Shown one piece after another: positions 58,968-64,000 of a stretch of DNA of 64,000 nt (positions are counted from its first letter, which is position 1; every line of letters starts with the position of its first letter). Made by a program: the position numbers and the translations under genes. Location: contig CAWHXY010000007.1 in the NCBI GenBank assembly GCA_963833575.1, positions 64,001 through 128,000 of the forward strand, read 5' to 3'. The notes under the pieces were generated by a model, which saw only the letters and a list, made by a program, of their open reading frames with translations, made no database searches and was not told the DNA's origin. The stretch is from Candidatus Bathyarchaeota archaeon (GTDB lineage Archaea > Thermoproteota > Bathyarchaeia > Bathyarchaeales > Bathycorpusculaceae).

Positions 58968-59813
58968 CTACCTCAACATTCCAAATACGAATGCTAATAA
59001 ACCAAAAATGAACAGGAACAGGACGATTTTCTTTATTTTTCGAGAGTTTTCTCTTTTTGGGTTTTTTAGCAGGGCAATTGAGCACCCAAGCAAGCCTATA
59101 TCGGTTACTAAAACAAATGGTATGAACCAGATTGAGACAAGGTTTAGAATTACCGGTATTGGAGAAAGGCAGACTGCAAAGATAAAGAATATTGTTGCTG
59201 CCAAAGCTGCTTTTTTGCTTCCGAAGACAACAGCTAAGGTTTTGATTTTATGTTGGCTATCACCTTCGATGTCAACTATGCCTTTGGCTATTTCTCTGCC
59301 TGTGTTTGAGAGGAAGGCCATTGATGCAAACAGCAGTATATTGATCATTACTGTGTTAACAGCAACTAGGCTGCCGAAGAGAAAAGGTGCTGCCACACAG
59401 GCACTTACCAGAAGGTTTCCGGGAAACCCCGCGCGTTTTCCTACAGTAGTGTAGGTTACCATAATTATCCATGCAATCGCAGCAAAAATCAGACAATAAA
59501 GAGTTATCATTAAGGCAAAAAACAAACCGATAAGGGTCATCATTGCTGTCATAATCAATGAAGCTTTCAGGGATACTTGACCGCTAGGAATTGGTCGGTT
59601 TGGCTCATTTATTTTGTCAATATCATAGTCGTAATAATCGTTTACTGCCATGGCAGCCCCGGTTAGAGTAAAAGCAGTTATGGCGCCAAAGAGCAGATCA
59701 ATCCAATGGAGGTTTCCAAGACCAGTTAGGCTAGCTCCTACAAGAACTGCAAAACTCATGACTATGCAGTTTAAAGGTCTTATTAGTTTTAGCATACCCT
59801 GTATTTTAGCCAT
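58968..59813 (-). CDS. UbiA-family prenyltransferase, probable DGGGP synthase
   Basis: LIRPLN, NDYYDYDIDKINEPNRPIPSG and REIAKGIVDIEGD motifs. Confidence 0.9.
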   Translation of the reverse strand: MAKIQGMLKLIRPLNCIVMSFAVLVGASLTGLGNLHWIDLLFGAITAFTLTGAAMAVNDYYDYDIDKINEPNRPIPSGQVSLKASLIMTAMMTLIGLFFALMITLYCLIFAAIAWIIMVTYTTVGKRAGFPGNLLVSACVAAPFLFGSLVAVNTVMINILLFASMAFLSNTGREIAKGIVDIEGDSQHKIKTLAVVFGSKKAALAATIFFIFAVCLSPIPVILNLVSIWFIPFVLVTDIGLLGCSIALLKNPKRENSRKIKKIVLFLFIFGLLAFVFGMLR

Positions 59814-60168
59814 CAGTGCTTTCCCTTAGCCTAAGATAATATTCATCTCATTTTAAAAAACTAACCCCTAAATGGAAGTGGATTACTTTTAATGACGAGT
59901 TTTTTTTCGCGAATGCAAGAGAACAACCATGTACTGAGACGCGTATTTTAATTTGATTAAAGTAGAAAGCTCATTGTGAGTTTAGGAAAATTGATTGACA
60001 GAACATGATTTGATATTTTTTTAACTTTTATTTTACTATTTATTAATTTTAAAGCGTTTTACCGCAAGTTATTTAACTTAAAACAGATAGATGAGGGCAA
60101 CCGGGCAAGAGGTATATTCTATACTTCTTAACCCAAAATTATGAAACTAAAGGAGAAAAAACAAAAAA

Positions 60169-62736
60169 ATGAAAAACAGAAAAATTATACTATCTCTAAT
60201 TCTTATGATAGTGCTAAGTATGTCAATGATGATGCAAATTCCTCATACTGTACATGCGGCATCTACGCTTAATGTGACAGACTATTTGTATGTCAGCGCT
60301 GGGCCTAGTCCTGTAGGCGTTGGACAAACCATATACCTTAACCTCTTCTTCACTAAGCCTATACCCACAGTCAGCGGTTTCGTTTCTACATTGTACACTG
60401 GTATGTCAATCAATGTTATCAAGCCAGATGGAACTAATGAAACTCTCGGACCTTACACGGCTGATACTACGGGCGGTGTTGGAGGACTTTCATTCGCACC
60501 TGCTACAGTTGGAAACTATACTTTCCAAGGAATATTTCCGGGGCAAAATATAGGGACCGATGCTACGGGCACGACCTATATTATGGATGCTTCCAATAGC
60601 CCTCCTGTTTCAGTTGTCGTTCAACAAGGGCAAATATCGTATAATTCTGGCTCTCCGCTCCCAACAAACTACTGGACACGCCCAATATACGCATCGAACT
60701 TTTACTGGCAAACTATTGGTGGAAACTGGTACGGTTTAGGAAGACCCGCCTTCGACAACACTGGTGGATACGATGGAACTGGAAACAACTTCCAACAATA
60801 CAGCACTGCGCCAACTACTGCTCACATACTTTGGACTAAGGCAACAACAACCGGAGGTCAACCTGGCGGCGAAACTATCGCTAATGAAGAGAATGCTTAC
60901 TCAACAGCATCCCCGCTCTACCACCTATTTGAACCAATAATTCTCAATGGAGTACTTTATGAAAACTTGTGGGCAGCTCAAACCGATAACGCAGGCATTA
61001 TTGCAATAAATCTACGCACCGGACAAACATTGTGGGATCAGAACACTTCTGACGTCTTAATTTATGGTCAAGTTGTAAATTTCCACAACAATGAAGAATT
61101 TGGCTCTCAAGCATTTCTATGGACATCGCATTTAGCCGGCTATGACGGCATGGGTATGTTTGGCCCAAATGCAGTCTACGATTATAATATATTGGATCCA
61201 GTGACTGGAAATCAGATGGCTACCGTAACCGATGTTCCCAGCAGTATAGCTAATCTTTTCGGAACATCACCAAGTGCACTTATAGATTCCAATGAAACCA
61301 ATACCTCAGGAGCAATTCTAATCTACTATTTAGGCGACAGCAATAATCTAATAATGTGGAACTCAACCCTATGCCTTAGTCCAGCCGGCGGATTTGGATC
61401 ACCCACGGGCTCTTACAAGCCATCAGGATCCTACAACTTTACAGCAGGCATACAATGGTCAATCACGCTTCCTAACGCAAACCCAGCATTTGGCATCGCT
61501 GAGATGAATAATCAAGCAATACTTTTGAGTTCACATCCACCGACACTTTCTACGTTTGCCGACCAATTTGGCGCTGATTTTGCAACTGATGTGGCCTATG
61601 ATCCTGCTACTGGCGCTAAGCTTTGGGGACCAACTAACCAGACGACAACGAACTTTGATGACGTTGGAATAGTTGCTGTAGGAGATGGTGCATACGTCAG
61701 ACATGACAAAGACACAAATCAACTCTATGGCTACTCACTGACAACTGGCCAACTGCTCTGGGGACCAACACAACTCGTAGGAAACGCTTTGACCCATCTT
61801 TTCGCTTCTGCTGCTATAGCTTACGGTAGAGTTTACATTTGGGACTTCGGCGGCTACGTAAATGCTGTTGATCTCAAAACTGGAAAACTCGACTGGACCT
61901 ACACTCGCGGATCAGCAGGTTATGACACACCCTACGGCATATATCCAATCTGGGTCTACGGAACACAAACCATTGCTAACGGAATGCTGTTCCTCTCTGA
62001 AGGTCGACTATATGATCCACCGCTGTTTCCAGGCGGAGAAAAACTCGCGATAAACTGCACTGATGGTTCACTTGTCTGGGCAATAAGCGGAGCATTCATG
62101 AGATCGCCAAGCCCTGTTGCTGATGGAGAACTGCTTGGATTTAACGGCTACGACAGTCAAATATACGCTTTCGGCACTGGACCAACAAGAGTTGCGGTCA
62201 ATGCACCTGATCCTGTTACGTCTGTAGGTTCGCCTATGATCTTACGCGGCACAGTCACTGACATCTCCAGCGGCTCACAACAAGAAGCAGTTGCAGCAAA
62301 CTTCCCTAACGGGTTACCATGCGTTTCTGACGCTAGTATGACTTCATTTATGGAAGCCGTTTACGAACAGCAGCCAATGCCAACCAACATTACAGGTGTT
62401 CCTGTTACGGTAAGTGTTACTGACTCGAATGGAAACTGCTACAGCATAGGCACTACTTCAACTGATCCAAGCGGCATGTTTACGCTAACTTGGGTACCTA
62501 CAATCTCAGGTAACTATACCGTAACCGCATCGTTTGCAGGCACACAATCGTATTATTCATCTTCCGCGGAAACATCCTTCTATGCTATTGCTGCTCACCC
62601 AGACACTGCTGCTCCAACAGCTACACCTGTCTCAATTGCTGACCAATACTTCATCCCGCTGTCAATCGCAATGATTCTCGTAATAATCATAATTGGCGCC
62701 ATACTTGCAGTACTGTTGCTAAGAAAACGACCATAA
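60169..62736 (+). CDS. Large secreted PQQ-like beta-propeller surface protein with C-terminal anchor
   Basis: PSPVGVGQ, PLPTNYWTRPI, repeated TG..LW motifs and ADQYFIP-TM-RKRP. Confidence 0.85.
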   Translation: MKNRKIILSLILMIVLSMSMMMQIPHTVHAASTLNVTDYLYVSAGPSPVGVGQTIYLNLFFTKPIPTVSGFVSTLYTGMSINVIKPDGTNETLGPYTADTTGGVGGLSFAPATVGNYTFQGIFPGQNIGTDATGTTYIMDASNSPPVSVVVQQGQISYNSGSPLPTNYWTRPIYASNFYWQTIGGNWYGLGRPAFDNTGGYDGTGNNFQQYSTAPTTAHILWTKATTTGGQPGGETIANEENAYSTASPLYHLFEPIILNGVLYENLWAAQTDNAGIIAINLRTGQTLWDQNTSDVLIYGQVVNFHNNEEFGSQAFLWTSHLAGYDGMGMFGPNAVYDYNILDPVTGNQMATVTDVPSSIANLFGTSPSALIDSNETNTSGAILIYYLGDSNNLIMWNSTLCLSPAGGFGSPTGSYKPSGSYNFTAGIQWSITLPNANPAFGIAEMNNQAILLSSHPPTLSTFADQFGADFATDVAYDPATGAKLWGPTNQTTTNFDDVGIVAVGDGAYVRHDKDTNQLYGYSLTTGQLLWGPTQLVGNALTHLFASAAIAYGRVYIWDFGGYVNAVDLKTGKLDWTYTRGSAGYDTPYGIYPIWVYGTQTIANGMLFLSEGRLYDPPLFPGGEKLAINCTDGSLVWAISGAFMRSPSPVADGELLGFNGYDSQIYAFGTGPTRVAVNAPDPVTSVGSPMILRGTVTDISSGSQQEAVAANFPNGLPCVSDASMTSFMEAVYEQQPMPTNITGVPVTVSVTDSNGNCYSIGTTSTDPSGMFTLTWVPTISGNYTVTASFAGTQSYYSSSAETSFYAIAAHPDTAAPTATPVSIADQYFIPLSIAMILVIIIIGAILAVLLLRKRP

Positions 62737-62837
62737 TAATCAACACACAAAATAATTTACTCTCTTTTTCTTTTTTTTAGTTTTCAACTCAAAAAATATC
62801 AAGTCTAAAACGCTCAATCTTTCCTTTTCCAAGTTTT

Positions 62838-63358
62838 TTAACCATTTGCATAGATGGTAATGTTGACTTTACATGGAAAACTCCCATGTTCTTTGTTAAG
62901 CTGGCCGATAGTTTGTGTTGTGAATTGATAAGTGCTCTATATTGCAGCTTCACAACTGATAAATCAGTTAAAACCTGATATGATTCAGGTTTGAAATGAG
63001 CAAAAATTCAGAAATTCCTTGTTCTACATGTCATAAATGGAATCAAAAAACGAATAGTTTCTCGTGTAACCCACATAAATGTCAACAGCTTTCTGAGTGG
63101 CTTGTTATCTACACAAAAATAAGGCCCATCGAAGCAATACAGGTCATACCGCCTCAAATTCAATACATCGTTTAGAAATAATTTGTTAAAACCCTAATTC
63201 TCCTTTGTTATTACAAGTCAAGTATGATTAAGGCAAACAAGGTTTTTGTTTGGAAATACAAAATATTATAGATGCCCGCCGAGGATACCTGCTACTATTG
63301 AAATAATGAAGAGCAAAATAATGCCAATAACTAAGATTTTTTTTGTTGAAGACTTCAT
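62838..63358 (-). pseudogene. Possible degraded gene for a membrane-anchored protein
   Basis: MKSSTKKILVIGII / FLLFIISIVAGILGG signal-anchor broken by a frameshift and stops. Confidence 0.3.
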
Positions 63359-63608
63359 TGAAACTGGTTCTTCCTGAGGTTTCTAAATAAGACATGTTCC
63401 TCATTTGGTTATGGGTTTTATGAATTTAGAACATAGATTAAGCGTCTTAGATTTCTTTGTTTAATCTATAATATCTGATAGCACAAGACTTGAGTCGCAA
63501 ATGTGAAACCCTAATTTACCTCTAACTCCGTACAATAGCTTGCAATGCATAGTAATTCTTAAAAGGCTACAGACATTCATTTACTCTATTCGTGAGGAAG
63601 AGAGATAA

Positions 63609-64000
63609 TTGGCTTCAGCTTCAGGCATAAAAATAGTTCTTACCGCATCAGCAACAGAAATGAGTGATTTTTTCAACAATCCCTTCATCGCCTTCGTAGC
63701 TGGCTTCGCAAGAGGTCCTGTTCCCTTAACATTCGTTAGGAAAACTCTCTATCCCCCAGTTGAACGAAAGCCAGACGGTAGAGCAAGGTTTGCACCTTAC
63801 GGCTTAAGAAAAGTAGAAGCAATGTTGCTGGAGAACGGCTTTACAGAGAAAGAAGTGGCAGTAGTTCACCCTGAAGATCTTGAAGATTTCATTGGGCCAG
63901 AAACGAAAGTAGTTGGTATTTCTTCAATGGATCCAACAGGCATGGGTTACGTTAGCAAAACTTATTCCTCAATAATTGGCGGCGGCGAACCTATGAACGC
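63609..64000 (+). CDS. B12-binding radical SAM protein, GDGT ring synthase / GMGT synthase-like family (5' part, truncated by window end)
   Basis: MASASGIKIVLTASATEMSDF...APYGLRKVEAML...IGPETKVVGISSMDPTGMG. Confidence 0.75.
   Translation, partial: MASASGIKIVLTASATEMSDFFNNPFIAFVAGFARGPVPLTFVRKTLYPPVERKPDGRARFAPYGLRKVEAMLLENGFTEKEVAVVHPEDLEDFIGPETKVVGISSMDPTGMGYVSKTYSSIIGGGEPMN

Overview
AT-rich archaeal chromosomal segment. The gene content suggests Bathyarchaeia (inference): tiaS, short-type purA, DGGGP synthase, a partial Grs/Gms-type radical SAM gene, a PEF-CTERM protein and large PQQ-propeller-like surface proteins ending in RKRP. Housekeeping genes include purA, asnS, acs with satP, grpE-dnaK and dnaJ, alaS, tiaS, pyrG, a znuABC-like transporter and rubrerythrin. 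I found no tRNA, rRNA, CRISPR array, integrase or transposase. Main unexplained structures: (1) a dispersed three-copy element (29643-30093, 42763-43206, 50830-51145), each with a conserved T-rich leader GTGCA..TTGCAGG, a copy-specific 10-bp-period tandem repeat array and a ~92-aa tandem-AbrB (MraZ-like) gene, one copy pseudogenised; (2) a cassette-like array at 319-1803 where five copies of ATAAGTCTTAAATCTG separate single small genes; (3) a six-gene ATP-dependent low-potential reductase operon joining BzdP/Q/M-like parts to one double-cubane-like subunit and two membrane proteins; (4) an unannotated divergent RHH/RHH/Zn-finger module; (5) a lipid operon whose Tmk-like gene has no canonical start codon.
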